A stretch of DNA of 64,000 bases from Gemmatimonadota bacterium (GTDB taxonomy: Bacteria; Gemmatimonadota; Gemmatimonadetes; Gemmatimonadales; GWC2-71-9): the NCBI GenBank assembly GCA_016794805.1, contig JAEUJI010000182.1, positions 8,941-72,940 of the forward strand. Direction: 5' to 3'. Made by a program: the position numbers and the translations under genes. Within the stretch, counting starts at the first letter, position 1. Each line of letters begins with the position of its first letter. The notes under the pieces were generated by a model, which worked only from the letters and a program-made list of their open reading frames with translations, made no database searches and had not been told where the DNA came from. Below are positions 11,655 through 20,556 of this stretch, in pieces.

Positions 11655-13510
11655 CCCAGCTCCCGCAGCGCGGCCAGCCGCGCGTCCACATCGAGTCCCA
11701 CCCGGCGCACCACCTCCAGGGCGCCGGTGAGTCCTTCCGGCGTGGCGGTGCCCGCGCGGAGCCGGAGCAGGTCCAGCCGCAGGGTGTCGAGCGCCGCCAG
11801 GGTCTTTCCCAGCTCGTCTGCCACCAGCCGTCGTTCCCGGTCCAGTTCCTGCCGCACCGACTCCCGCGCCGGAATCCCCGGCCCCCCGACCGACGCCATC
11901 ATGGATCCCAGGTCCGCTTCCCGGGTGCGCAGCAGGACCGCGCGCTCCGTCAGGCGGCCGATCACGCTGCCGACCTCTCCCAGCCGCGCCCGGTCGTGCT
12001 CCGGCAGCGCCGCGAAGAGGGCCGCCGCCTGGTCGCCGAGCAGCATCTCGGTGGGGCGTTCGTCGGGGAGCGCGGACGGCAGCCGGTGGCGCCCGCCGCG
12101 GCCGAAGAACCGGAAGAACCATTCGGCCTTGCGGGCCATGACCCGGCGGAGCAGCCCGGGCTTGCCGTCGCGGGGCGCCTCGAGCCGCGCGCCGAACCAG
12201 CGGCCCAGCGCCACCGGGGTCACCATCGCGACCAGCTCCACCAGGATGGCCAGGGGTCCCTCGATGGTGGACATCAGCGCCTCGCGGGGGCCCAGCCAAA
12301 GCGCGAGCATCGCCGCCACGCCACCCAGATAGAGGAGCGTGCTGCGCGTCCGGGAGGGTGGCGCCGGCTGCTCCGCCGCCTCGGCCTGCACCTCGGCGTG
12401 GAACGCCTCCCGGATGTCGCGCGCCGTCCAGCCCTGGCGGGCGGCCTCGCGCAGCATCTGGGTTATTGAGAGTCCCTTGAGCGCCGTCAGGCTGAGCAGC
12501 ACCAGCGCGATTCCGATGGTGTAGATCTGGCCGAAGCCCAGGAAGTCACGGGAGGCGGTGATCATCTGGGCGATGAGCGCCACGCCGGCCAGCGTCCCGT
12601 AGCCCGCCATGTCCACGCTGAAGGAGGCGGTCTCCCGCACCAGGCGCGCCAGGAGGGGCGGCGTGGGCTGGGCCAGCGAGCCGCCGGCGGCGAGGGCGCC
12701 GGCGAGATCCTCGCCGGAGGCGAACCGTTCCGCGGGGTCCTTTGCCAGGCAGCGGTCCACCGCGGTGGCCAGCGGGCGGGGCAGCCCGGGCACCAGGCTC
12801 GCCACCGGCGGCGCCGGCATGGTCAGGTGCTGGGCGAGGAAAGCGGCGGCGCTCTCTCCCTCGAAGGGGAGGCGGCCGGTGAGGGCGTAGAAGGCGGTGA
12901 CCCCCAGGGAGTACAGGTCACTCCGGCCATCGGCAGGTTCGCCGGCGGCCTGCTCCGGGCTCGCGTACTGGGCGGTGCCGAACCGCTCCCCCGGCGGCGT
13001 GATCGGCTCCTGGGTCAGCACCCGCGCGATCCCGAAATCCATGACGAGGGCGCGGCCGGTGCCCCGCTCGATGAGGATGTTGGCCGGCTTGATGTCCCGG
13101 TGGACGATTCCCTGCTGGTGCGCGTACGCGAGCGCCCAGGCCACCTCCTGTACCATCCGCGCGACGGCGGCGGGACCCTCGGGGCCGTTGGCCTTCACCC
13201 GGTCCGCGAGGGTCTCGCCGGGGATGTACCCCATGACGAAGCAGGCGCAGTCCCCATGCTCCTCGACGGCGTGGATCGGGACAATGTTGGGGTGCGCCAG
13301 CCGGGCGGCGGTGCGGGCCTCCTGCAGGAAACGGAGCCGGAGTTCCGGGATGCCGGCCAGGTGGGAGGGCAGCAGCTTGATCGCCACCGGGCGCTCCAGT
13401 GCCAGGTCGCGGCCGAGGAAGACGACGCCCATCCCCCCGCGTCCGATCTCCCGCTCGATGAGGTAGCGGCCGGCCAGCGCGGACTGCAGGCTGCCCAGTT
13501 CAGGGGACAT
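11651..13510 (-). CDS. Ser/Thr protein kinase with C-terminal 4-TM plus coiled-coil module
   Basis: ATG at 13510 is preceded by GGAG. Kinase motifs: GRGGMGVVF, AIK, HRDIKPANILI, DFGIA, SPEQ. The C-terminal half has about 4 hydrophobic helices and a helical tail. The 276 codons upstream in track ORF 11651..14338 are rejected because they are antisense to the next gene. Confidence 0.9.
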   Translation of the reverse strand: MSPELGSLQSALAGRYLIEREIGRGGMGVVFLGRDLALERPVAIKLLPSHLAGIPELRLRFLQEARTAARLAHPNIVPIHAVEEHGDCACFVMGYIPGETLADRVKANGPEGPAAVARMVQEVAWALAYAHQQGIVHRDIKPANILIERGTGRALVMDFGIARVLTQEPITPPGERFGTAQYASPEQAAGEPADGRSDLYSLGVTAFYALTGRLPFEGESAAAFLAQHLTMPAPPVASLVPGLPRPLATAVDRCLAKDPAERFASGEDLAGALAAGGSLAQPTPPLLARLVRETASFSVDMAGYGTLAGVALIAQMITASRDFLGFGQIYTIGIALVLLSLTALKGLSITQMLREAARQGWTARDIREAFHAEVQAEAAEQPAPPSRTRSTLLYLGGVAAMLALWLGPREALMSTIEGPLAILVELVAMVTPVALGRWFGARLEAPRDGKPGLLRRVMARKAEWFFRFFGRGGRHRLPSALPDERPTEMLLGDQAAALFAALPEHDRARLGEVGSVIGRLTERAVLLRTREADLGSMMASVGGPGIPARESVRQELDRERRLVADELGKTLAALDTLRLDLLRLRAGTATPEGLTGALEVVRRVGLDVDARLAALRELG

Positions 13511-13564
13511 CGTCGCTCCGTGGGGCGGCCTCGCGCCGGGACGGGCGGGGGCTACCTTAGGGAC

Positions 13565-14323
13565 ATGGCGATCATCACGCTGCTGACCGACTACGGGACG
13601 ACCGACTCCTACGTGGGCGAGATCAAGGGGGTTTTGCTCACCCTCTGCCCGGGGGCAACCCTGGTGGACCTGACTCACGAAATCCACCCGGGGGACCTGC
13701 TTTCCGCCGCCTATGTGCTCCACCGCAGCTGGCACCGCTTCCCGGCCGGGACCGTGCACCTCGCGGTGGTGGACCCGGGGGTCGGAACCAGCCGGGCGGC
13801 CCTCGCCTTCCGTACCCGGGAGCACAGCTTCGTGGGGCCCGACAACGGGCTCTGGAGCGGGGTCATGCACGGCGCCCCCGTGGAGGCGGTGACGCTGGCG
13901 CCCCCGCCCCAGGCGGCGCCCACCTTCCATGGCCGGGACATCTTCGCCCCCGCCGCCGCCCGCCTGGCCCGCGGGGAGCCGCTCTCCGGGCTGGGAGAGC
14001 GGTTCCTGGGCCTGCCGCGCCGGCTGAGCGCGGCCGTGCCTCACTATGAAGGCAAAGTCGTCGTGGGGGAAGTGATCTACGTGGACCGCTACGGCAACCT
14101 GGTCACCAGCCTGACGCCGGAGTTCGTGCCGGACTACGCGGTGCTGGAGGCGGAATCGCTGGTCATCGGCCCGCTCCGCACCACCTTCGGCGACGTCCCC
14201 ACCGGGGGCCTGCTCGCCTACATCGGGTCCGGGGGGCAGGTGGAGATCGCGGTCCGGGACGGCTCCGCGGCGCGGCGGCTTGGCCTTGGCGTGGGGGGCC
14301 GGGTGCGGGCCCGGCTGGGGTAG
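13565..14323 (+). CDS. SAM hydroxide adenosyltransferase family protein (DUF62, chlorinase/fluorinase-like)
   Basis: MAIITLLTDYGTTDSYVGEIKGVLL...LVDLTHEI...HLAVVDPGVGTSR...FVGPDNGL...FHGRDIF...IYVDRYGNLVT is the typical DUF62 pattern. Confidence 0.85.
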   Translation: MAIITLLTDYGTTDSYVGEIKGVLLTLCPGATLVDLTHEIHPGDLLSAAYVLHRSWHRFPAGTVHLAVVDPGVGTSRAALAFRTREHSFVGPDNGLWSGVMHGAPVEAVTLAPPPQAAPTFHGRDIFAPAAARLARGEPLSGLGERFLGLPRRLSAAVPHYEGKVVVGEVIYVDRYGNLVTSLTPEFVPDYAVLEAESLVIGPLRTTFGDVPTGGLLAYIGSGGQVEIAVRDGSAARRLGLGVGGRVRARLG

Positions 14324-14326
14324 GCC

Positions 14327-14347
14327 GGCGGCGCCCACGGCGCCGCC
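14327..14347. terminator. bidirectional GC hairpin between convergent genes
   Basis: ggcggcgcc-cac-ggcgccgcc: 9-bp stem between the stops at 14323 (+) and 14354 (-). Confidence 0.45.
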
Positions 14348-14353
14348 CGGCGG

Positions 14354-15925
14354 TCAGAGCGGAGGCGGGGTGCGGCCGTCCCGCGGCGGGCGCTTGACCG
14401 CGGTGACGCCGAACTGGGGCGTGGCCCAGAGGTACTCGTCGGTCAGCGATTCAGCAGAGATGAAGCGCCCGGCGAAGTGCTCGCGGAGCCCCCCGCGCGA
14501 GAGCAGCGCCGCCCCGAAGCCCACGGTGCCCAGCAGCCAGGTGACGAGCGCCGCCGTGGCGAAGATCACCGTGCCGGCCACCGGTACCCAGTCGAAGGCC
14601 ACCCAGGCCAGCCAGAGCGCCATCACGCCAGCGAGGCCCATCGTCACGTAGCGATAGCTGTTGGCGGAGACCGCCTGGCCCAGCGCCAGCTGCCGCCGGG
14701 TGAGCTTCTCCCCCATCGCATGCGCCACCGCCAGGAATCCGCCCAGCACGGCCACCACCAGCAGCAGCGCGAACACCACCACTGCGAACGGCACCAGCAG
14801 CACCCCCGCGACGGTCAGGATCAGCCCCACCACCAGCATGCCGAACGTCGGCAACAGCAGCACCTGTCCCAGCACGCCCACGAGGAGGGAACGGCTGAAG
14901 GAGTGAATCACGGTATCGCTCACGACCTCGAGCGGCGGGCGCCCGAACAGCACCAGCCCGGTCCCGACCAGCATCAGGGTGAGGAACACTCCCGCCACCC
15001 CGGCCCCATTCCGCGCGGCCCGCATCCAGCCGGAGGGGGGCGGCACGGCGGCGGGACGGCCCGGCGCCTCGCGCGGAGCGTCCAGGGTACGGATCTGGCC
15101 CAGGATGTCGCCGCCGAGGTCCCGGACCTCGCCGGCCACGGCGAGCACGTCGCCGGTAATGACCGCTCCCGGGTGGACCAGGACGTTGCCTTCGACGCTC
15201 GCCAGGTTGCCTTCTACCCGGCCGAAGATCTCGGCGTCGCCGCGCACCACGAGCAGGTGCCCGGCGTAGCGCTCCGCCGAGCCGATGCTGAAGTGGCCGA
15301 GGTGGGCCTGTCCCCCGGGGATCGTGATCCGGAGCGCATCGCCGCGGAGGCTGGCCGCCGAGCGCAGCAGCGGCGCGAGATGCGCCGGATTGCTCAGGTC
15401 GGAGAGATTGATGGTCAGCCCTCCCGGCTGGGCCGGCGCCACCGCCTGGGGCGGGGGGGCGAGGGCTGGCGGCGCGCTCAGGCCATCCACCTGCTCCCGC
15501 AGCAGCTGCGCGAACGCGGACTCCTCACGGGAAAGGCCCGTCGGCTCCCAGTTCCGGAACCGCTGCAGGATCGCGGCGGAGTTGCTGCGGGATGCCTCGA
15601 GCATCAGGGACAGCCAGGCCGCTTCGAGGGCGCCCCCGACCGGGACCCGTCCCACGCTCCGGCCATCCACCCGCAGGTCACCGTTCTCCAGCGCGAGCAC
15701 CAGCCGGCCACCATCGTCGTAGGTGAACGTGATGCTGGCGGCGCCGGTGGCCAGGGACACGGCATGGTCCCGCACCACCCGGCTCTGGTCGGTGCTGAGG
15801 TACTGGCTGATGAATTCGATGCGGGACTTCCAGGAGGGGCCGTTCTCTGCGGGGCTGGCGGCGACCGGACCGGGAAGCAGCGCCAGCGCGGCGGCGGCGA
15901 TCGCGGGGAGTCTAGGACAGCGCAC
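14354..15925 (-). CDS. membrane protein with bactofilin-like (polymer-forming) repeat region and C-terminal polytopic domain
   Basis: GTG at 15925 gives a signal-like N-terminus VRCPRLPAIAAAALALLPGPVAASP. The central LVVRGDAEIFGRVEGNLASVEGNVLVHPGAVITGDVLAVAGEVRDLGGDILGQI resembles bactofilin/DUF583 beta-helical repeats, followed by about 6-7 TM helices. The start overlaps the anti-sigma gene stop by 14 nt. The start choice is uncertain. Confidence 0.65.
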   Translation of the reverse strand: MRCPRLPAIAAAALALLPGPVAASPAENGPSWKSRIEFISQYLSTDQSRVVRDHAVSLATGAASITFTYDDGGRLVLALENGDLRVDGRSVGRVPVGGALEAAWLSLMLEASRSNSAAILQRFRNWEPTGLSREESAFAQLLREQVDGLSAPPALAPPPQAVAPAQPGGLTINLSDLSNPAHLAPLLRSAASLRGDALRITIPGGQAHLGHFSIGSAERYAGHLLVVRGDAEIFGRVEGNLASVEGNVLVHPGAVITGDVLAVAGEVRDLGGDILGQIRTLDAPREAPGRPAAVPPPSGWMRAARNGAGVAGVFLTLMLVGTGLVLFGRPPLEVVSDTVIHSFSRSLLVGVLGQVLLLPTFGMLVVGLILTVAGVLLVPFAVVVFALLLVVAVLGGFLAVAHAMGEKLTRRQLALGQAVSANSYRYVTMGLAGVMALWLAWVAFDWVPVAGTVIFATAALVTWLLGTVGFGAALLSRGGLREHFAGRFISAESLTDEYLWATPQFGVTAVKRPPRDGRTPPPL

Positions 15926-16739
15926 GAGCCGGTCCGGGCGCGGGAAGCGCAAGCAGCCGCCGCAGGGCCAGCACACCCGCTCCGTAGAGCGCCACGGCCA
16001 GGCCACCCACCGCGACGATTCGCCCGGGGGTGAGCCCGGCGCGGGCGCTCTGGTACCAGGACTGCTGTTCCAGCAGCAAGCTCGCGGTGCCCACCCCCTG
16101 CCAGAAGAGGGCTTGGGCATGGGTCATGACCCAGGTGCCGGCGCCGCTGATTGTATCCTGGTTGCCGGAGGCCCACGCCACGCTGGCCGCGATGGACCCG
16201 CCGAGCAGCCCGCCGATCCCCGCCGCCATGCCCACCGTCAGCGGATTGCGGGAGACGCCACGCCGCCACCGCTGCCACGATCCGATCAGCGACAGGCCGG
16301 GGAGGTCCACCTCGTCCAGGACCCGCTCGGCGAATCCGGGCCGGGGATCGAACAGCGGCAGCGCCTCCAGCCGCATGACCAGCACTCGCTCGGCATCCGC
16401 CAGGGCCTGGCAGTCGGGGCACTCCCGCAGGTGCGCCTCACGCGGCGCCGGCAGCGTCCCCAGCACCCAGAGGTCGAGGTCCTCGCCGGTGAAATGCTCC
16501 TCGGCGCGCCGGGCGGCCGCCCCCGCCAGCCCCACCCGCGCCATGATCAGGTCGGCGAAGTGGCCGCCGGGGGCGAGGCGAGGCAGGGCACGGAGCTGGG
16601 CCACGACCTCGCGGGTTTCCTCCGCGGCGGTACGGCACTGCTCGCACGTTTCCAGGTGGGACGTCCGGTTTCCGGAGAGACGCCCGTCCAGGTAGAGATC
16701 GAGCTCTTCGGGGCCGAGGTGGAAGGCTTCTGCCATCAT
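15912..16739 (-). CDS. anti-sigma factor, zf-HC2 (ZAS) type, with duplicated N-terminal domain and TM region
   Basis: Two HxxxCxxC motifs (HLETCEQC and HLRECPDC) lie in two mutually similar ~63-aa segments, followed by TM helices. The gene sits directly downstream of an ECF sigma gene. Confidence 0.8.
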   Translation of the reverse strand: MMAEAFHLGPEELDLYLDGRLSGNRTSHLETCEQCRTAAEETREVVAQLRALPRLAPGGHFADLIMARVGLAGAAARRAEEHFTGEDLDLWVLGTLPAPREAHLRECPDCQALADAERVLVMRLEALPLFDPRPGFAERVLDEVDLPGLSLIGSWQRWRRGVSRNPLTVGMAAGIGGLLGGSIAASVAWASGNQDTISGAGTWVMTHAQALFWQGVGTASLLLEQQSWYQSARAGLTPGRIVAVGGLAVALYGAGVLALRRLLALPAPGPARALS

Positions 16740-16774
16740 ACGGCGGTCTGTACGGCCTCGCGGAAAGGGGGGTT

Positions 16775-17377
16775 TCAGTCGCGCAGGTGCGCGAGCATGT
16801 CCCGCAGTTCATGCCGGGCACGGTGGATATACGTCTTGACCGTGCCGAGGGGCAGGTCCAGCAGCTGGGCGATCTCCTCATAGGCGAGCCCCTCGACGTG
16901 CCGCAGCATGATGCAGGAGCGGTACTCGGGGCGCAGTCGCGAAATGGCACGCTCGATGTGGGTCCCCAGTTCGCGGGCCTCGAGCTCGGCCAGTGGGGTT
17001 TCCCCCTTGTCCCCCACCTGCAGGGCGGTGGCCTCGATGTCATCGGCGCTGGTGGCGTTGGGCGCACCGTCAATCGAGAGGGTATCCACCTCGCGGCGGC
17101 GCAACTGATCGATGGCCGCGTTGTTGGCGATCTTGAAGATCCAGCTCGAGAACTTGAACTCGGGGCGGTAGCTGGCGATGGCGTTGAGCGCCTTGATGAA
17201 GGTCTCCTGCGCCAGGTCCTCGGCCAGCTGACGGTCCCGCACCATACGGAGGATGAGCGAGAAGACCGGCCGCTCGTAGCGCCGGATCAGCTCCCGATAG
17301 GCGGCCTCGCGGCCCTCCCTGGCGAGGGCCACGATCTCCTGGTCCGTCATTGAAACGAGATCGGGACGATCAGCCAT
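16775..17377 (-). CDS. RNA polymerase ECF-type sigma-70 factor
   Basis: 200 aa. Region 2: YRELIRRYERPVFSLILRMVRDRQLAEDLAQETFIKAL...FSSWIFKIANNAAID. Region 4: RSCIMLRHVEGLAYEEIAQLLDLPLGTVKTYIHRAR. Confidence 0.93.
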   Translation of the reverse strand: MADRPDLVSMTDQEIVALAREGREAAYRELIRRYERPVFSLILRMVRDRQLAEDLAQETFIKALNAIASYRPEFKFSSWIFKIANNAAIDQLRRREVDTLSIDGAPNATSADDIEATALQVGDKGETPLAELEARELGTHIERAISRLRPEYRSCIMLRHVEGLAYEEIAQLLDLPLGTVKTYIHRARHELRDMLAHLRD

Positions 17378-17430
17378 TCGGGCTCCAGCGGCTTGCCCGG
17401 CCGCCGCTCCACGGACTACATTGCGCGCCT

Positions 17431-18165
17431 ATGTTAGCCACGGATAGGAAGTTACCGCTCTCTGGCGGTCAGGAGAAGCGGTCCTACGTCCGGGCGATGT
17501 TTACGGCGATCGCGCCCCGGTACGACTTCCTCAACCACCTGCTCAGCCTCAACATCGACCGCCGCTGGCGGCGACAGGCCGTGAACCGCCTGGGCTGGGA
17601 GTCTTCCCCCGAGGGAACCTACCTCGATCTCTGCGCCGGCACCCTCGATCTGGCCGCCGAACTGGGGCAGCGGGCGGGGTTCCGGGGGCGGGTCCTCGGG
17701 GCTGACTTCGTCCTGCCCATGCTGGCATTGGGGCGGGAGAAGTCGCCCCGGGTCCAGCCGGTCAACGCGGACGCCCTGGAGCTGCCGTTTCCGGACGCCA
17801 CCTTCGACGGGGCCACGGTCGGCTTCGGGGTCCGCAACTTCGCCGAGCTGGACCTGGGGCTGGCCGAGGCGGCGCGGGTGCTCAAGCCCGGGGCGCGGCT
17901 GGTCATCCTCGAATTCACCACCCCGCCGCGGCAGCCGATGCGGGGGCTCTATTTCTTCTATTTCCGCCGGCTGCTCCCCCTCGTCGGGCGGCTGGTGTCG
18001 AAGCATCGGGACGCCTACGACTACCTCCCGGCCTCGGTCCTCGCCTTTCCGGAGCCCCCGGCGCTGGCCCGGCTGATGGAACAGAGCGGGTTCCGCGGTG
18101 TGGAATACACGCTGCTCCTCGGTGGAATCTGCGCGATTCATGTTGGCGAGCGGGCCGGCGGATGA
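17431..18165 (+). CDS. ubiE: demethylmenaquinone / ubiquinone C-methyltransferase (UbiE/MenG family)
   Basis: VRAMFTAIAPRYDFLNHLLSLNIDRRWRR, the SAM motif YLDLCAGTLDL, and LKPGARLVILEF. ATG 17431 is chosen because the track start at 17350 would overlap the divergent sigma gene. Confidence 0.9.
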   Translation: MLATDRKLPLSGGQEKRSYVRAMFTAIAPRYDFLNHLLSLNIDRRWRRQAVNRLGWESSPEGTYLDLCAGTLDLAAELGQRAGFRGRVLGADFVLPMLALGREKSPRVQPVNADALELPFPDATFDGATVGFGVRNFAELDLGLAEAARVLKPGARLVILEFTTPPRQPMRGLYFFYFRRLLPLVGRLVSKHRDAYDYLPASVLAFPEPPALARLMEQSGFRGVEYTLLLGGICAIHVGERAGG

Positions 18166-18184
18166 CCGGCCGGGAAAGCTCTCG

Positions 18185-19663
18185 ATGACCCTCGACACGT
18201 TGCAGGAATACATCGCCGCGATCGACCAGATCGGCGAACTGGTGCGCATCAAGGAACCGGTGCGGACCCGGCTGGAGATCGCCGAGATCGCCGATCGCTG
18301 CATGAAGAGCCCGGGCGGGGGGCCGGCGCTCCTGTTCGAGCGGCCGCTGCTCGAGGATGGCCGCCCGAGCGAGTACCCGGTCGCGATCAACCTCTATGGC
18401 TCGATGCGCCGGATGTGCCTCGGCCTCGGGGTGGAACGGCTGGACGAGGTCGGGGCCCGGATCAGCGAGCTGCTCAACCTCAAGGTGCCGGACGGGCTCT
18501 TCGGGAAGCTGTCCATGCTGCCGAAGCTGGCGGAAGCGTCGAAGTTCCCGCCCCGCACCCGGGGCGGGCGCGGGGCCTGCCAGGAAGTCGTCTGGCAGGG
18601 GGAGGAGATCGACCTCGACCGGCTCCCGTTCCTGACGACCTGGCCGGGGGACGGCGGCCGCTACATCACGCTGCCGATGGTGATCACCGAGGACCCGGCA
18701 CGCGGCATCCGCAACGTGGGGATGTACCGGGTGCAGGTGCAGGGGAAGCGCGAACTCGCGATGCACTGGCAGCGCCACAAGGTCGGGGCCCACCACTGGC
18801 GGGAGCTGGCCGCGCGGGGGGAGAAGATGCCGGTCGTCATCGCCGTCGGCGCCGACCCGGCCAGCCTCTATTCGGCCTCCGCGCCGCTGCCGCCGACGAT
18901 CGACGAGTTCATCTTCGCCGGGTTCCTGCGGAAGTCGCCGGTGGAGCTGGTGAAGGCCATCACCTGCGACCTCGAGGTGCCGGCGGAGGCGGAGTTCGTG
19001 ATCGAGGGGTTCATCGACCCGGCGGAGCCGCTGGTCATGGAGGGCCCCTTCGGCGACCACACCGGCTTCTACTCCCTCGCCGATCTCTACCCGCGGGTGC
19101 ACGTCACCGCCGTCACCATGCGGAAGCGGCCGGTGTACGTCGCCACCCTCGTGGGCCGGCCGCCCATGGAGGACTACTTCCTGGGCCACGCCACGGAGCG
19201 GATCTTCCTGCCGCTGCTCCGCCTGACCACGCCGGAGGTGGTGGACTACCACATGCCGTCGTACGGCATCTTCCACAACCTGGTCTTCGTGTCCATCGAC
19301 AAGCAGTATCCCGGGCAGGCGTTCAAGGTGATGAACGCCCTGTGGGGCGCGGGACTCATGTCCCTGGCCAAGGTGCTGGTGATCGTGGACAAGGACGTGA
19401 ACGTGCAGGACCCGGACGAGGCCTGGTGGATCGTGCTCAACAACATCGACCCCGAGCGCGACGTGCGCTTCACCAAGGGGCCGGTGGACGTGCTGGACCA
19501 CGCCAGCCAGCATTTCAGCTTCGGGAGCAAGATGGGGATCGACGGCACCCGGAAATGGAAGGACGAGGGCTTCACCCGCGAGTGGCCGCCGCTCATCACC
19601 ATGGATGAGGCCACGAAGCGCCGGGTGGACGAGCTGTGGCCGAGGCTCGGGATCCGGCTGTGA
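18185..19663 (+). CDS. ubiD: UbiD-family (prFMN-dependent) aromatic decarboxylase
   Basis: About 492 aa. LQEYIAAIDQIGELVRIKEPV...GPALLFERP...NLYGS...GRYITLPMVITEDP..GIRNVGMYR is the typical UbiD family N-terminal and middle pattern. Confidence 0.92.
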   Translation: MTLDTLQEYIAAIDQIGELVRIKEPVRTRLEIAEIADRCMKSPGGGPALLFERPLLEDGRPSEYPVAINLYGSMRRMCLGLGVERLDEVGARISELLNLKVPDGLFGKLSMLPKLAEASKFPPRTRGGRGACQEVVWQGEEIDLDRLPFLTTWPGDGGRYITLPMVITEDPARGIRNVGMYRVQVQGKRELAMHWQRHKVGAHHWRELAARGEKMPVVIAVGADPASLYSASAPLPPTIDEFIFAGFLRKSPVELVKAITCDLEVPAEAEFVIEGFIDPAEPLVMEGPFGDHTGFYSLADLYPRVHVTAVTMRKRPVYVATLVGRPPMEDYFLGHATERIFLPLLRLTTPEVVDYHMPSYGIFHNLVFVSIDKQYPGQAFKVMNALWGAGLMSLAKVLVIVDKDVNVQDPDEAWWIVLNNIDPERDVRFTKGPVDVLDHASQHFSFGSKMGIDGTRKWKDEGFTREWPPLITMDEATKRRVDELWPRLGIRL

Positions 19664-20556
19664 GCGCCGAAGGCCAGACCCTCGCCGGGGAGTCGCTGTT
19701 CGCCAGGTACGCGAGCTTCGTGAAGCTGCCGCACACCCTCTTTGCGCTGCCGTTCGCGCTCCTCGGGGTGCTGGCGGCTTCACTCGAGGCCGGCGTGCGG
19801 TGGCAGACGGTGGCCGTGGTGGTCGTGGCCTTCAGCGCCGCCCGCTGGGTCGCGATGGGGTTCAACCGGATCGTGGACCGCGGCTTCGATGCCCGGAACC
19901 CCCGGACCCAGGGCCGGGAACTGCCCCGCGGCCGGCTGACCCTGCGGCAGGCCTGGGGCTCGGTGCTCGTGGCGGGGACGCTCTTCCTGGCTGCCGCCTG
20001 GTTCCTCAATCCACTCTGCTTCTACCTGAGCCCGGTGGCGCTGGGCTGGATCATGCTCTACAGCCTGAGCAAGCGCTTCACCTGGTGGCCGCACCTCTGG
20101 CTCGGCCTCTCCCTCGCGATCGCCCCGGTGGGCGGGTACCTCGCGGTGACCGGGCGCTGGAGCGAACCCTGGTGGGTGCTGGTGGCCGTGACGGTGGCCG
20201 TGGCCACCTGGGTGGCGGGGTTCGACATCTTCTACGCGCTCCCCGATGAGGGCTTCGATCGCGACGCCGGGCTCCGGAGCGCGGTGGTGCGGCTGGGCCA
20301 GGCCCGCAGCATTCTCCTGGCCAAGGTGCTTCACGGGGTGACGATCCCCGCGCTGGCGCTGTTTGGCTGGGGCGCGGGGTTCGGCGCCTGGTACGTTGCC
20401 GGCGTGGTCGCCGCGGCGGGGATCCTCGCCTGGGAGCACCAGCTGGTGCGGCCCGGCGACCTCTCCCGGCTGGACACGGCGTTCTTTACCATGAACGGGG
20501 TGATGAGCCTGACGGTGTTCGTGTTCGCGCTGGTGGATCGATTGGTGGGCGGGTAG
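19660..20556 (+). CDS. ubiA: UbiA-family aromatic prenyltransferase
   Basis: FVKLPHTLFALPFALLG...ARWVAMGFNRIVDRGFDARNPRT..RELPRG matches the UbiA NxxxDxxxD-type motif, with about 8 TM helices. GTG 19660 overlaps the ubiD stop (GTGA). GTG 19636 is an alternative start. Confidence 0.9.
   Translation: MSAEGQTLAGESLFARYASFVKLPHTLFALPFALLGVLAASLEAGVRWQTVAVVVVAFSAARWVAMGFNRIVDRGFDARNPRTQGRELPRGRLTLRQAWGSVLVAGTLFLAAAWFLNPLCFYLSPVALGWIMLYSLSKRFTWWPHLWLGLSLAIAPVGGYLAVTGRWSEPWWVLVAVTVAVATWVAGFDIFYALPDEGFDRDAGLRSAVVRLGQARSILLAKVLHGVTIPALALFGWGAGFGAWYVAGVVAAAGILAWEHQLVRPGDLSRLDTAFFTMNGVMSLTVFVFALVDRLVGG

Noticed and set aside
13511-14338. N-terminal 276 codons of track ORF 11651..14338
   Set aside because: This part is antisense to the well-supported DUF62 gene (13565..14323). 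The kinase domain begins right after the ATG at 13510, which has a GGAG SD.
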